A stretch of 51,897 bases of DNA from Gammaproteobacteria bacterium (GCA_040904625.1 JBBDTC010000061.1:1-51897); one strand, 5' to 3'; shown: positions 1 through 12,695, numbered from the stretch's first letter. Numbers and translations: made by a program. The notes: generated from the sequence alone by a model not told the origin.

Positions 1-398
1 CCGCCGACCGCATGGTTTGCGAGTTCCCGCAACATCCGATCGATATCGGCCAGCCGGACACAGGGCCGCGCCGCATCGTGCACCAATACCCAGTCGTCGG
101 CAGCAGCTTCCGCGGCCAATCCTTCGAGGCCTGCCAGCACCGAGTGGCAGCGCTCGGCGCCGCCCACCACCGCAATAGCGCTGGTCGGCCGTGTCAGCGT
201 TGCGTAGCGTTTGTCCTCCGCCGCCACGGCGACGACCACCCGACGCACCGCAGGATGTGCGGCGACACGCTCGAGCGTGTGCTCGAGCACGGTACGGCCA
301 TGCAGCGGCAGATACTGTTTGGGAATCTCGCTGGCCATCCGCCGACCACTGCCGGCCGCCGGCACTACCGCGAAGACCCTCGGTAGGGCGGCGTTCAC
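1..398 (-). CDS. ispD: 2-C-methyl-D-erythritol 4-phosphate cytidylyltransferase, 5' portion only (gene runs off the left edge)
   Basis: Open-ended, so absent from the ORF track. My reverse-strand translation from GTG at 398-396 (GTGA overlap with the ftsB stop) reads VNAALPRVFAVVPAAGSGRRMASEIPKQYLPLHGRTVLEHTLERVAAHPAVRRVVVAV... This carries the IspD N-terminal PAAGxGxRM motif. The order eno-ftsB-ispD is classic. Confidence 0.85.
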   Translation of the reverse strand, partial: MNAALPRVFAVVPAAGSGRRMASEIPKQYLPLHGRTVLEHTLERVAAHPAVRRVVVAVAAEDKRYATLTRPTSAIAVVGGAERCHSVLAGLEGLAAEAAADDWVLVHDAARPCVRLADIDRMLRELANHAVG

Positions 399-706
399 TC
401 GTCATCATCCTCAGTGCCGATGACCGTGGCGGGCTCCGGATCGGGCATGCGGAAGAACACCTCGCCTTCCTTGATCATGCCCATTTCGCTGCGCGCACGT
501 TCTTCGATCGCTTCGAGCCCCTGTTTGAGATCCAGCACTTCGGCAGCCAGCGCCTGATTGCGCTCGCGCAGCTGCTGCAGCTCCGCACGCTGCTCGGCCA
601 GTGCTCGTTCGAGTTTGCGCACATCCGGAATTCCTCCCCGTTCGAACCACAGCACATACTGCAGATACAGCGTGATCAGCACGAGCAGGGCGATGAAGAC
701 ACGCAT
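395..706 (-). CDS. ftsB: cell division protein FtsB
   Basis: 103 aa. N-terminal TM helix (FIALLVLITLYLQYVLW) followed by a coiled coil (LERALAEQRAELQQLRERNQALAAEVLDLK). Located between eno and ispD. Confidence 0.9.
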   Translation of the reverse strand: MRVFIALLVLITLYLQYVLWFERGGIPDVRKLERALAEQRAELQQLRERNQALAAEVLDLKQGLEAIEERARSEMGMIKEGEVFFRMPDPEPATVIGTEDDDE

Positions 707-723
707 CGGGCGTGCCGCTCGCC

Positions 724-4604
<3,881 letters not shown>

Positions 4605-4789
4605 TCAATGGCGCTGCCGCCGTGAGCTATTGCGATCAAGGCCTTACGCGAGCGCTTGTGCGCATGCGGTGATACCATTCGCCGCCGCCGGCAAACATCG
4701 CCCAGCCACGCCCCCGTGGCGCCGGCAGGCCGCTGCTTCGAGATAGTGCACGAACCGCGAATACCTACCGATAGACGAGGATAAAGCTG

Positions 4790-6463
4790 ATGTCCGATAT
4801 CGAAATCGCGCAGGCCGCCAATATGCGCCCGATCGTCCCGCTGGCCGCGGAACGCCTGGGCATCGCCGCCGAGCATCTCGTCCCCTACGGCCACTACAAG
4901 GCCAAGCTCGCGCCGGACTGTCTCCGTGCCCTGGAGCCGCGGACGGACGGCAAGCTCGTCCTGGTAACCGCCATCAGCCCGACGCCGGCCGGTGAAGGCA
5001 AGACCACCACGACCGTCGGTCTCGGCGACGCCATGAATCGCATCGGCCGGCGCACCGTCATGTGTCTGCGTGAGCCGTCGCTGGGACCTTGTTTCGGGGT
5101 CAAGGGCGGGGCGGCCGGCGGCGGCTATGCGCAGGTCGTGCCGATGGAGGACATCAATCTGCACTTCACCGGCGATTTCCACGCCATCGGCGCCGCTCAT
5201 AACCTCCTGGCCGCGATGCTCGACAACCACATCACGCACGGCAACGCACTCGACATCGACCCGCGGCTGGTGAGCTGGAAGCGCGTGCTCGATATGAACG
5301 ACCGCGCCCTGCGTGACATCGTGATCGGCCTCGGCGGCACGGCCAACGGCAATCCGCGCGAAAGCGGCTTCGACATCACGGTGGCATCCGAGGTCATGGC
5401 CATCTTCTGCCTGGCCACGTCGCTCATCGATCTCAAGGAGCGCCTCGGGCGCATCGTCGTCGGCTATACCCGCACAGCGCGCGCCCCGGTCACCGCCGCC
5501 GATCTCGGCGCCGATGGCGCCATGGCAGCGCTGCTCAAGGACGCCATCAGCCCCAACCTGGTACAGACGCTGGAGAACAACATCGCCATCGTCCACGGCG
5601 GACCGTTCGCCAACATCGCCCACGGCTGCAATTCGGTTACCGCCACACGCACCGCACTCAAGCTGGCCGATTACGTCGTCACCGAAGCGGGCTTCGGCGC
5701 CGATCTCGGCGCCGAGAAGTTCATCGACATCAAATGCCGCATGGCCGGCCTGAAGCCGCAGGCGGTGGTGCTGGTCGCAACCGTGCGCGCGCTCAAATAC
5801 CACGGCGGCGTCGCGGTGGCGGATTTGAATCGGGAGAATCTCGCGGCGCTCGCAGCCGGCTGCGTCAATCTCGAGCGCCATCTGCGCAATATCACCGCCC
5901 ACTATGGCCTGCCCTGCGTGGCCAGCATCAACCATTTCACCCACGACACCGCAGCCGAGGTGGCCTTGTTGGTGGAAAAGGTCGAAGCCCTGGGCGCGAG
6001 AGCCGTGGTGGCGCGCCACTGGGCCGAGGGCGGCGCCGGTGCGGCGGATCTCGCCCACGCGGTCTGTGCGATCCTCGACGGCGCCGAGCACACGCACCGC
6101 TACGTCTATGCCGACGAACTGCCGCTGTGGGACAAAATTCGCACCGTCGCCCAGACCATCTATGGCGCCAGCGACGTCAGCGCGCCTGCCGCCGTGCGCA
6201 GCCAAATCGATGACATCGACAAGACCTATCCCGGATTCCCGGTGTGCATCGCCAAGACGCAGATGTCGTTCTCCACCGATCCTGCGCTGCGCGGCGCGCC
6301 GAGCGGCCATGTGGTGGAGATCCGTGAAGTACGGGTCGCCGCTGGCGCGGGCTTCGTCGTTGCCATCGCCGGCAACATGATGACCATGCCCGGCCTGCCC
6401 AAAGCGCCAGCCGCGGAACGCATCGACGTCGACGCCGATGGGCGGATTAGCGGCTTGTTCTGA
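4790..6463 (+). CDS. fhs: formate-tetrahydrofolate ligase
   Basis: 557 aa. FTHFS P-loop [18 protein letters not shown]-like GAGGA lies a few nt upstream of the ATG. Confidence 0.97.
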   Translation: MSDIEIAQAANMRPIVPLAAERLGIAAEHLVPYGHYKAKLAPDCLRALEPRTDGKLVLVTAISPTPAGEGKTTTTVGLGDAMNRIGRRTVMCLREPSLGPCFGVKGGAAGGGYAQVVPMEDINLHFTGDFHAIGAAHNLLAAMLDNHITHGNALDIDPRLVSWKRVLDMNDRALRDIVIGLGGTANGNPRESGFDITVASEVMAIFCLATSLIDLKERLGRIVVGYTRTARAPVTAADLGADGAMAALLKDAISPNLVQTLENNIAIVHGGPFANIAHGCNSVTATRTALKLADYVVTEAGFGADLGAEKFIDIKCRMAGLKPQAVVLVATVRALKYHGGVAVADLNRENLAALAAGCVNLERHLRNITAHYGLPCVASINHFTHDTAAEVALLVEKVEALGARAVVARHWAEGGAGAADLAHAVCAILDGAEHTHRYVYADELPLWDKIRTVAQTIYGASDVSAPAAVRSQIDDIDKTYPGFPVCIAKTQMSFSTDPALRGAPSGHVVEIREVRVAAGAGFVVAIAGNMMTMPGLPKAPAAERIDVDADGRISGLF

Positions 6464-6529
6464 ATCGTGCTCAGGGGATTAAGGAGATTAAGGTGACAGT
6501 TACCAATGGCACTTGCTTAAGCGCGGATA

Positions 6530-6612
6530 GGCCTCTCCTGCGGGGGTCCTTGGGCGGAAATAAAGCGGACCGAAGGGAGCCATTCCGCCCAAGGACCCCC
6601 GCAGGAGAGGCC
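6530..6612. repeat. perfect 30-bp inverted repeat with a 23-nt loop
   Basis: Left arm 6530-6559 is GGCCTCTCCTGCGGGGGTCCTTGGGCGGAA. It is the exact reverse complement of 6583-6612. No U/T tract follows on either side. Confidence 0.9.
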
Positions 6613-6651
6613 GGATGAGCATGGCCACCTCTTTTGGGATTAAGGGATTAA

Positions 6652-6695
6652 GGTGACAGTTACTGTATTTTCTCGAAAATACAGTAACTGTCACC
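6652..6695. repeat. perfect palindrome, 20-bp stem with a 4-nt centre; possible bidirectional terminator
   Basis: Sequence GGTGACAGTTACTGTATTTT-CTCG-AAAATACAGTAACTGTCACC. It lies 24 nt past the SIMPL gene stop (minus strand) and 189 nt past the fhs stop. It creates the mirror-image pseudo-ORFs both beginning MTVTVFSRKYSNCH. Confidence 0.85.
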
Positions 6696-6718
6696 GTGAT
6701 TTCTGCAGCCTGTCGGAT

Positions 6719-7411
6719 TCACTCCCGGCCCAGTTCTATGGTGCCGTCGACATTGACGCTCAAGGTCTGCTGTCCGGCTTCGATACTCGGGTCGGCCATC
6801 TCGGCTTTCATGGCCAATGCGCGGCCTTGATAGGGCATCGGCGGCGGCTGGTAGCCGGAGGTGCCGACGTTGACGTTGACGATGGCATAGCGCGTGTGGC
6901 CGAACGCCCGGGTAATGCGCTCGGCGCGCTCGCCAAAGCGCTGGATGGCGGCTTCTATCAGCCGTTCCTCGGTTGCGACGCGGACCGTTGGCGATACTTC
7001 ATAGCTGATCGCCTCGATTGCCAGCCGCTCCTGCAAGGTGCCGAGCAGTTCGGTCAGCGCCGTACGCTCGGCGCTCTCCAGGCGCAGGGCCTGCTGCATG
7101 CGCCAGGCCGTGATACGGCGATCGTCATAGACCGGATTGGTACGGTAATCGAGGGTCTGGGCCCTGATGCCGCTGGATTGGCGGGCTGCCGCGAGTGCCC
7201 AGGCCATGTCTTCGTTGACCCGCTTGGCAGCCTGCGCCTGTTTGACCGCCTCGTGGGTCGCAACCAGGCGCACCACCAGCAGGTCGCTGTCGACCTCTTC
7301 CTCGGCGCTGACCGAGAGCGTGACCAGATTGCGCGACGGCGCCTCCGATTCAGCAGCACCGGCTGTGTTGGCGGCGAACAGGAACAGGCCCAGGACGATG
7401 ATGCGAAGCAT
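6719..7411 (-). CDS. SIMPL-domain (DUF541 / BP26 / YggE-like) periplasmic protein
   Basis: Preferred start is ATG at 7411 (MLRIIVLGLFLFAANTAGAAE, a signal peptide) preceded by AAGGAG. The longest ORF reaches 7642 but its extension is Arg/Pro-rich junk. The body resembles the SIMPL family (two-lobed, ...SVNVDGTIEL C-terminus). Confidence 0.8.
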   Translation of the reverse strand: MLRIIVLGLFLFAANTAGAAESEAPSRNLVTLSVSAEEEVDSDLLVVRLVATHEAVKQAQAAKRVNEDMAWALAAARQSSGIRAQTLDYRTNPVYDDRRITAWRMQQALRLESAERTALTELLGTLQERLAIEAISYEVSPTVRVATEERLIEAAIQRFGERAERITRAFGHTRYAIVNVNVGTSGYQPPPMPYQGRALAMKAEMADPSIEAGQQTLSVNVDGTIELGRE

Positions 7412-7437
7412 GACAGACTCCTTGCGGGAAACCGGAT

Positions 7438-8886
7438 TCAGAGGTCGCCGTCCGCCGCCGTGGCGCGGATGAGTGTCCAGGCGGCTTCGACGTGCGTGCG
7501 GGTGGTATAGGTCTGGCCGACACACAGCCGCAGACAATAGCGGCCGCGGATCACACCGTGGCTCATGAACAGGCGGCCGGAGGCGTTGACACGCTCGAGC
7601 AGACGCCGGCTTCTGTCGTCGTCGCCGCGCGCGGCAAAGCACACCAGGTTGAGCGAGCGTGGCACGACCAGGTCGAAATCCGCCGAGTCATCGATCCAGG
7701 CTGCGAGTTCGCTCGCGAGTGCAACGTGGTGGCGCACGAACTCGCGCAGCGCCGCCGCCCCATAGCTGCGCAGGACGAACCAGAGCTTGAGCGCGCGAAA
7801 ACGCCGGCCGAGCGGGATCTGCCAATCACGGTAATCGATGGCGCGCCCGCTATCGCTGGCCGCGTTGCGCAGGTACTCCGGCATCACGCTCAAGGCGCGA
7901 TTCAGCGGTTCACGATCCGCGACATAGAAACAGTCGCAATCGAAATTCGTCAGCAACCACTTGTGCGGGTTGAAACAATAGGAATCGGCCTGCTCGAGCC
8001 CGGCATTCAGATAGCGGAACTCGGGGCACAGCGCGGCCGTACCGGCCATGGCTGCATCGACGTGCAGCCAGGCGCCGTGACGTCTGGCCAAGGGCGCAAT
8101 CGCGGCAACCGGATCGATCGCCATCGATGTGGTGGTGCCGACCGTGGCGCAAATGAAAAAGGGCTGGAGGCCGGCGGTGACATCTGCACGCAGGGCCTCG
8201 TCCAGTGCCGCCGGGTCCAGCGCGAGACCGGCATCGGTCGGAATCTTGCGCAGCCGCGCACGGCCGCATCCGGCGATCACCATCGCCTTTTCCATCGACG
8301 AATGGGTTTCCGCAGAGCAGTAGGCGACGAGATCGGCTGGCGTGCCGTGCTCACGGGCCTGGAAATCACTGGCACGCTCGCGCGCGGCCAGCAGTGCGCA
8401 CAGCGTCGCACTCGAGGCCGAGTCCTGAATCACGCCGCCGCCGGCGCCGCTGGACCTGAAGCGCTCGGGCAGGCCGAGCAGATCGATCAGCCAGTCGAGG
8501 ACATGGGTTTCGAGTTCGGTACAGGCCGGGCTGGTCTGCCACAGCATGCCCTGCTGGCCGAGACCGGCGCTGACGAGTTCCCCCAGGATCGACGGCGGCG
8601 ACGCGTTGGCCGGGAAGTAGCCGAAGAAATTGGGAGACTGCCAGTGCATGAGTCCGGGCAGGAGGATGTCCTGCACATCGGCCAGAATCGCTTCCATGCT
8701 TTCGCCACATTCCGGCGCCGCGGCCGGCAAGCGGGCACGGATGTCACCTGGGGCGACCTGCGCCATTACCGGCCGCGCTGCAATCCCGGCCTGGTAATCG
8801 GCGAGCCAATCGATAATCGCATGTCCCGCCTGCCGAAACTCATCCGGACTCAGATGGGTCGGTGCGGAAGTTTCTTCGGCGCTCAC
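7438..8886 (-). CDS. group II pyridoxal-dependent decarboxylase (aromatic-L-amino-acid / tyrosine decarboxylase-like)
   Basis: 482 aa. Motifs HWQSPNFFGYFPA and the PLP-lysine motif FNPHKWLLTNFDC, typical of the DDC/TyDC family. Confidence 0.9.
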   Translation of the reverse strand: MSAEETSAPTHLSPDEFRQAGHAIIDWLADYQAGIAARPVMAQVAPGDIRARLPAAAPECGESMEAILADVQDILLPGLMHWQSPNFFGYFPANASPPSILGELVSAGLGQQGMLWQTSPACTELETHVLDWLIDLLGLPERFRSSGAGGGVIQDSASSATLCALLAARERASDFQAREHGTPADLVAYCSAETHSSMEKAMVIAGCGRARLRKIPTDAGLALDPAALDEALRADVTAGLQPFFICATVGTTTSMAIDPVAAIAPLARRHGAWLHVDAAMAGTAALCPEFRYLNAGLEQADSYCFNPHKWLLTNFDCDCFYVADREPLNRALSVMPEYLRNAASDSGRAIDYRDWQIPLGRRFRALKLWFVLRSYGAAALREFVRHHVALASELAAWIDDSADFDLVVPRSLNLVCFAARGDDDRSRRLLERVNASGRLFMSHGVIRGRYCLRLCVGQTYTTRTHVEAAWTLIRATAADGDL

Positions 8887-9031
8887 GTGGCGCCGGTCAG
8901 CAGCGTTCCGTCAAGGTCGAGGTGCATGACATCGTCCGCCAGGGGTTGGTCGTGGCCTGGGAGCGGTCACGGCCGCATCTTGGGAAAAGCTGCCTGTGCG
9001 GCGCTGCCCCGATGGTGCGACCGCGACGCAA

Positions 9032-9517
9032 TCACAGATTGGCCAGGAGGTTCTCGGCCGCGCTCGCCTTGACATCCGACGGAGCGGCTTCACGATGCAG
9101 CTGTGTGACCACACCGTCTTCGACAACGATGGCGAAACGCTCACCGCGCGTGCCCATGCCGAAGCCCGATGCATCCAGCGACAGGCCCAGCGCCTTGACG
9201 TAGTCGGCGTTACCGTCGGCCAGCAGGATGACCTTGTCGCCCGCGCCCTGATCCTTGCCCCAGGCGCTCATCACGAAAACGTCATTGACAGACAGACAGG
9301 CGATGGTATCGACGCCCTTGGCTTTCAAGGCATCGGCGTTCTGGATGTAACCCGGCAGGTGTTTGGCGGAACAGGCAGGTGTGAATGCACCTGGGACGGC
9401 GAACAGCACGACCTTTTTCCCCGCGAAGAGCTCGTCGCTGGACAGCTTGCCCGGGCCTTCCGCCGTCATGATGCCGAATGTGCCCGCAGGCATCTTGTCG
9501 CCAACTTTGATAGTCAC
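9032..9517 (-). CDS. peroxiredoxin, Prx5-like (AhpC/TSA family)
   Basis: Preferred GTG start at 9517 (MTIKVGDKMP...) follows the strong RBS TAAGGAGG. The longest ORF reaches 9565. Peroxidatic Cys motif FAVPGAFTPACS. Confidence 0.9.
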   Translation of the reverse strand: MTIKVGDKMPAGTFGIMTAEGPGKLSSDELFAGKKVVLFAVPGAFTPACSAKHLPGYIQNADALKAKGVDTIACLSVNDVFVMSAWGKDQGAGDKVILLADGNADYVKALGLSLDASGFGMGTRGERFAIVVEDGVVTQLHREAAPSDVKASAAENLLANL

Positions 9518-9610
9518 ATCAACCTCCTTATGTCTTTTGTTGTGGTGAGCCGAGCATTCTGCCACTGCCGCCCGAGCGATGATAGGTCGGCGACCGCCTG
9601 AGTCCGCGGT

Positions 9611-10582
9611 TCAAATCACCCGATCAGGAGGCTCGCCACCGGCAAAGAATTGCTCGAGGTTCGCGATGACGCGCCGGCCCATGGCGTTGCGCGTCTCTAC
9701 GGTAGCGCTGCCGAGATGCGGCAACAACACCACGTTGTCCATGGTTTTCAAGGCAACCGGCACGTTGGGCTCTTCCTCATAGACGTCCAGACCCGCCCCG
9801 GCGATACCACCGTCGCGGAGCGCCGCGACCAGCGCGTCGGTGTCGACTATTGAACCGCGCGCGGTGTTGATCAGAAATGCGTGCGGGCGCATGCAAGCGA
9901 GGCGCCGGGCATCGATGAGATGCCGCGTCGCCGCACCACCGGGGCAATGCAGGGAGACAAAATCGGCACATTCGAGCAGTTCTTCGACGCTGCCGCAGGC
10001 GCCGGCGCCGAGCGCGTTGCTCAACTCCGGCAGCGGCAGCCGCGGGGTGTGGAACAGGATACGCATGCCGAAGCCGAAGTGGGCGCGCCGGGCGACGGCT
10101 TGCGCGATGCGTCCGAAACCGATCAGGCCGAGAACCTTGCCGCTGAGCCTGCTGCCCAACAGCTGCGTCGGATTCCAGCCGGACCACGTACCCGCCCGCA
10201 CCACGCGCTCGCCTTCGCCGGCGCGCCGCGCGAGCATGAGCATCAGGGTCAGCGCGAGATCGGCGGTACAGTCGGTCAGCACGTGAGGCGTGTTGGTGAC
10301 GGCGATCCCGGCAGCGCGTGCGGCTTCGATATCGATATGGTTGTAGCCGACACCAAAATTACCGAGGATGCGCGCGCGTCCCGAGCCGTCGCCGATGACC
10401 TCGGCCGTGACGGCATCGGTCACGGTCGGGCAGACCGCATCGAATTCGGCGACGGCGGCGGCGAGCTCCGCCGTCGTCAACGGCCTGTCGGGCAGGTTGC
10501 GGACCACCTCGAAGTGCTGCGCAAGCGCCTCCTCGACCGCTGCCGGCCAACGCCGGGTCAGGAAAACGCGCGGCCGCGTCAT
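9611..10582 (-). CDS. D-isomer-specific 2-hydroxyacid dehydrogenase (glyoxylate / hydroxypyruvate reductase-like)
   Basis: 323 aa. NAD fold GLIGFGRIAQ plus the catalytic-region motifs INTARG and LLPHLGSAT. Overlaps the upstream aminotransferase by 4 nt. Confidence 0.9.
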   Translation of the reverse strand: MTRPRVFLTRRWPAAVEEALAQHFEVVRNLPDRPLTTAELAAAVAEFDAVCPTVTDAVTAEVIGDGSGRARILGNFGVGYNHIDIEAARAAGIAVTNTPHVLTDCTADLALTLMLMLARRAGEGERVVRAGTWSGWNPTQLLGSRLSGKVLGLIGFGRIAQAVARRAHFGFGMRILFHTPRLPLPELSNALGAGACGSVEELLECADFVSLHCPGGAATRHLIDARRLACMRPHAFLINTARGSIVDTDALVAALRDGGIAGAGLDVYEEEPNVPVALKTMDNVVLLPHLGSATVETRNAMGRRVIANLEQFFAGGEPPDRVI

Positions 10583-11751
10583 GCCGTCGCGCTGAGACGC
10601 AGGAACTCGGCAGCCGCGCCTACGCCGCTGCCGGGTACGACATCGATGCCGCTGTCACGCAGCGCCATCTCAGTGCCGGCGAGTGCGCTCAAGATCATGA
10701 GCTCATTCAAATCGCCCAGATGGCCGATGCGGAAGACCTTCCCCGCCACCTCGGCCAGCCCCTGTCCGAGGGAGAGGTTGTAGCGCTCATAGGCATTGCG
10801 TACGACGACATTGCTGTCCATGCCGGGCGGCACGCAGATAGCACTGACGGTGTCGGAATAGGTGCGTGGATCGACGGCGCAGAGTTTGAGGTCCCAGGCC
10901 GTCACTGCCGTACGCACAGCTTCGGCGTAACGCCGATGCCGCGCGAACACGTTGCTCAGCCCTTCCTCGAGCAGCATATCGACCGACTCACGCAGTCCGC
11001 GCAGCAGGGTCATCGCCGGCGTATAGGGGAACCAGCCATCGGCATTCATACGCGCCATGTCGTCGAAGCTGAAGTAGGCGCGGTGGCAAGCGGCGCTGCG
11101 CGATGCCGCCAGCGCCTTCTGGCTGGCGCAGACGAGCCCCAGACCGGTCGGCAGCATGAGACCCTTCTGCGAGCCGCTGACCGCGAGATCGATGCCCCAC
11201 TCGTCCATGCGGAAATCGAGGCTGCCGATGGAACTCACACCGTCGATGGCGAGCAGGGCCGGATGGCCGGCATCGTCGAGAACCTTGCGCACCGCTGCGA
11301 GATCGCTCGTCACCCCGGTCGCGGTCTCGTTGTGCGTGACCAGGGCCATCTTGATGGCGTGTCCGGTGTCCGCCCGCAGGATCTCGGCATAGCGCTCGAC
11401 CGGCACACCCTCTCCCCACGGCGTCTCGACCAGTTCGACCTGCATGCCGTGGCGACGACAGAGTTCCGCCCAGAGATGGCTGAACTGTCCGAAACGCGCC
11501 TGCAGCACGGTGTCGCCGGGGCTCAAGGTATTGGTTACCGCGGCTTCCCAACCACCGCTGCCCGAAGACGGGAAGACGAAGACCTGGCCTCGCTCGGTCT
11601 GGAATACCTTCTTCAGATCGTCGAGCAGCGGCTTGGCGAAAGCGGGAAAGTCGCCCGCGCGGTGATCTTCGAGAGGGATATCCATGGCGCGGCGGATCCG
11701 CTCCGGGATATTGGTAGGTCCAGGCACGAACAGGAAGTTTCTTCCGGGCAC
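10579..11751 (-). CDS. class V aminotransferase (serine-glyoxylate / serine-pyruvate aminotransferase family)
   Basis: 390 aa with a GTG start. N-terminus LFVPGPTNIPERI and PLP-lysine motif SGSQKGLM, typical of the AGXT/SGAT family. RBS GGAG lies 9 nt upstream. Confidence 0.9.
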   Translation of the reverse strand: MPGRNFLFVPGPTNIPERIRRAMDIPLEDHRAGDFPAFAKPLLDDLKKVFQTERGQVFVFPSSGSGGWEAAVTNTLSPGDTVLQARFGQFSHLWAELCRRHGMQVELVETPWGEGVPVERYAEILRADTGHAIKMALVTHNETATGVTSDLAAVRKVLDDAGHPALLAIDGVSSIGSLDFRMDEWGIDLAVSGSQKGLMLPTGLGLVCASQKALAASRSAACHRAYFSFDDMARMNADGWFPYTPAMTLLRGLRESVDMLLEEGLSNVFARHRRYAEAVRTAVTAWDLKLCAVDPRTYSDTVSAICVPPGMDSNVVVRNAYERYNLSLGQGLAEVAGKVFRIGHLGDLNELMILSALAGTEMALRDSGIDVVPGSGVGAAAEFLRLSATA

Positions 11752-12082
11752 GAGATGATTCTCCGGTTTGGGATCCGCCGCCGAAACCGCTCTCTTGCCG
11801 CCGCAGAAGGATTTCCAGGGATCCAGATAGGATATGAAGCCAGCCCTCGCCGCTTTATGGAATCAAGCCGATAAGGCGCCGGAGCCGCGCGCACTCTACA
11901 CGCCGACTCCCTCTGGACGCAACGCATAGCGCTTCCCGACATGAACTCGCTGTTGTACTCGGCTGGATGGACGCCGCTTCCTGAGTTGTGTGCTGTCGCG
12001 GTGTCGTTATGTCGGTGTCTCAGCTTGGACGCCTTTCTTTTGTTTCCCCCCGCCGCGATCTCGATGTGATCCTGGGCGACGG

Positions 12083-12412
12083 TCAGATGTTTTCCACCTC
12101 CTGCATCCACGCCGGAATGTCGCGCTGGCCGTGCAGCACGCGCCAGACATCGATATGGTCCGAGCGCTCGACATAGAACACAAGATGGGGATAACGGATC
12201 AGCGACCATGCACGCAGGCCTGGTAGATTGAGTTCGTGCGCGTAACGTGGCGAACCCATACCCGGGCTGCGGCCGATATGGGCGTAAGCCTGCTCCAGGG
12301 CGTCGATGAATCCGAGCGCTGCTTGCTCTGCACTTTCCCCGATGTAGTAAGTGATGGCCTCGTCAACATCCCAGTTAGCCTGCGCACGCGGGACGACTGG
12401 TTTTATCCTCAC
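12083..12412 (-). CDS. parE: type II toxin, ParE/RelE superfamily
   Basis: 109 aa. C-terminal YPHLVFYVERSDHIDVWRVLHGQRDIP is typical of ParE. Overlaps the upstream antitoxin gene by 4 nt. Confidence 0.85.
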   Translation of the reverse strand: MRIKPVVPRAQANWDVDEAITYYIGESAEQAALGFIDALEQAYAHIGRSPGMGSPRYAHELNLPGLRAWSLIRYPHLVFYVERSDHIDVWRVLHGQRDIPAWMQEVENI

Positions 12413-12660
12413 CCTCGAGTGCCGGCCTTGGGGGCCTTGCGTACCCGGTCTCGCAAACCTTCAAAGTAAGTATCATCAGCCGGAGCTGCGGACGCAGTGG
12501 AAGCACCGGCCAGCAGCAAGCCTCGCAGTTGCAGCCGATCTTGGTCTTTACGGATCAACTCGCGCACGTACTCACTGCTGGTGCCGTAGCCACGCTGGCT
12601 GACCTGCTCGTCGACAAAGGCTTTCAGGGTGTCGGGCAGAGAAATATTCATCGTGCTCAT
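12409..12660 (-). CDS. parD: type II antitoxin, ParD (ribbon-helix-helix, COG3609-like)
   Basis: 83 aa. MNISLPDTLKAFVDEQVSQRGYGTSSEYVRELIRKD matches the ParD/CopG RHH N-terminus. Sits immediately upstream of parE. Confidence 0.85.
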   Translation of the reverse strand: MSTMNISLPDTLKAFVDEQVSQRGYGTSSEYVRELIRKDQDRLQLRGLLLAGASTASAAPADDTYFEGLRDRVRKAPKAGTRG

Positions 12661-12678
12661 GACGGCAGATTAGGTGCT

Positions 12679-12695
12679 TTGGCAAAAATTGGCAA
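12679..12695 (-). promoter_or_regulatory. putative ParD operator: tandem TTGCCAA repeats with 10-bp phasing
   Basis: The minus strand reads TTGCCAA-TTT-TTGCCAA. It ends 18 nt upstream of the parD ATG and is followed by a -10-like TAATCT. Type II TA loci are normally autoregulated through such repeats. Confidence 0.35.

Larger units (their letters stand above)
6474..6695. repeat. composite nested repeat element (direct repeats plus two perfect hairpins), MITE/REP-like
   Basis: Direct repeat GGGATTAAGG(A)GATTAAGGTGACAGTTAC at 6475-6503 and 6636-6663. The 11-mer GTGACAGTTAC occurs at 6493, at 6653, and inverted at 6684-6694. The element fills the convergent spacer between fhs and the SIMPL gene. 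Confidence 0.8.

Noticed and set aside
6475-6663. Possible mini-CRISPR (two 28/29-nt direct repeats)
   Set aside because: There are only two repeats, separated by about 132 nt, which is far beyond spacer length. The intervening sequence is itself a perfect hairpin, and no cas genes are present in the window.
6500-7510. Two ORFs on opposite strands (6500-6694 minus, 6653-7510 plus), both starting MTVTVFSRKYSNCH
   Set aside because: The identical N-termini are simply the two readings of the perfect palindrome at 6652-6695. The plus-strand ORF then runs antisense through the SIMPL gene. Neither is a real gene.
7492-9072. 526-aa plus-strand ORF overlapping the PLP decarboxylase
   Set aside because: It is an antisense artefact of the same kind. 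The minus-strand frame carries the NPHKW PLP motif and full family similarity.
11613-12209. 198-aa minus-strand ORF covering the sgaA-parE spacer
   Set aside because: It overlaps both the 3' end of parE and the 5' end of the aminotransferase out of frame. It has no RBS and an implausible composition, so I treat the 331-nt spacer as non-coding.
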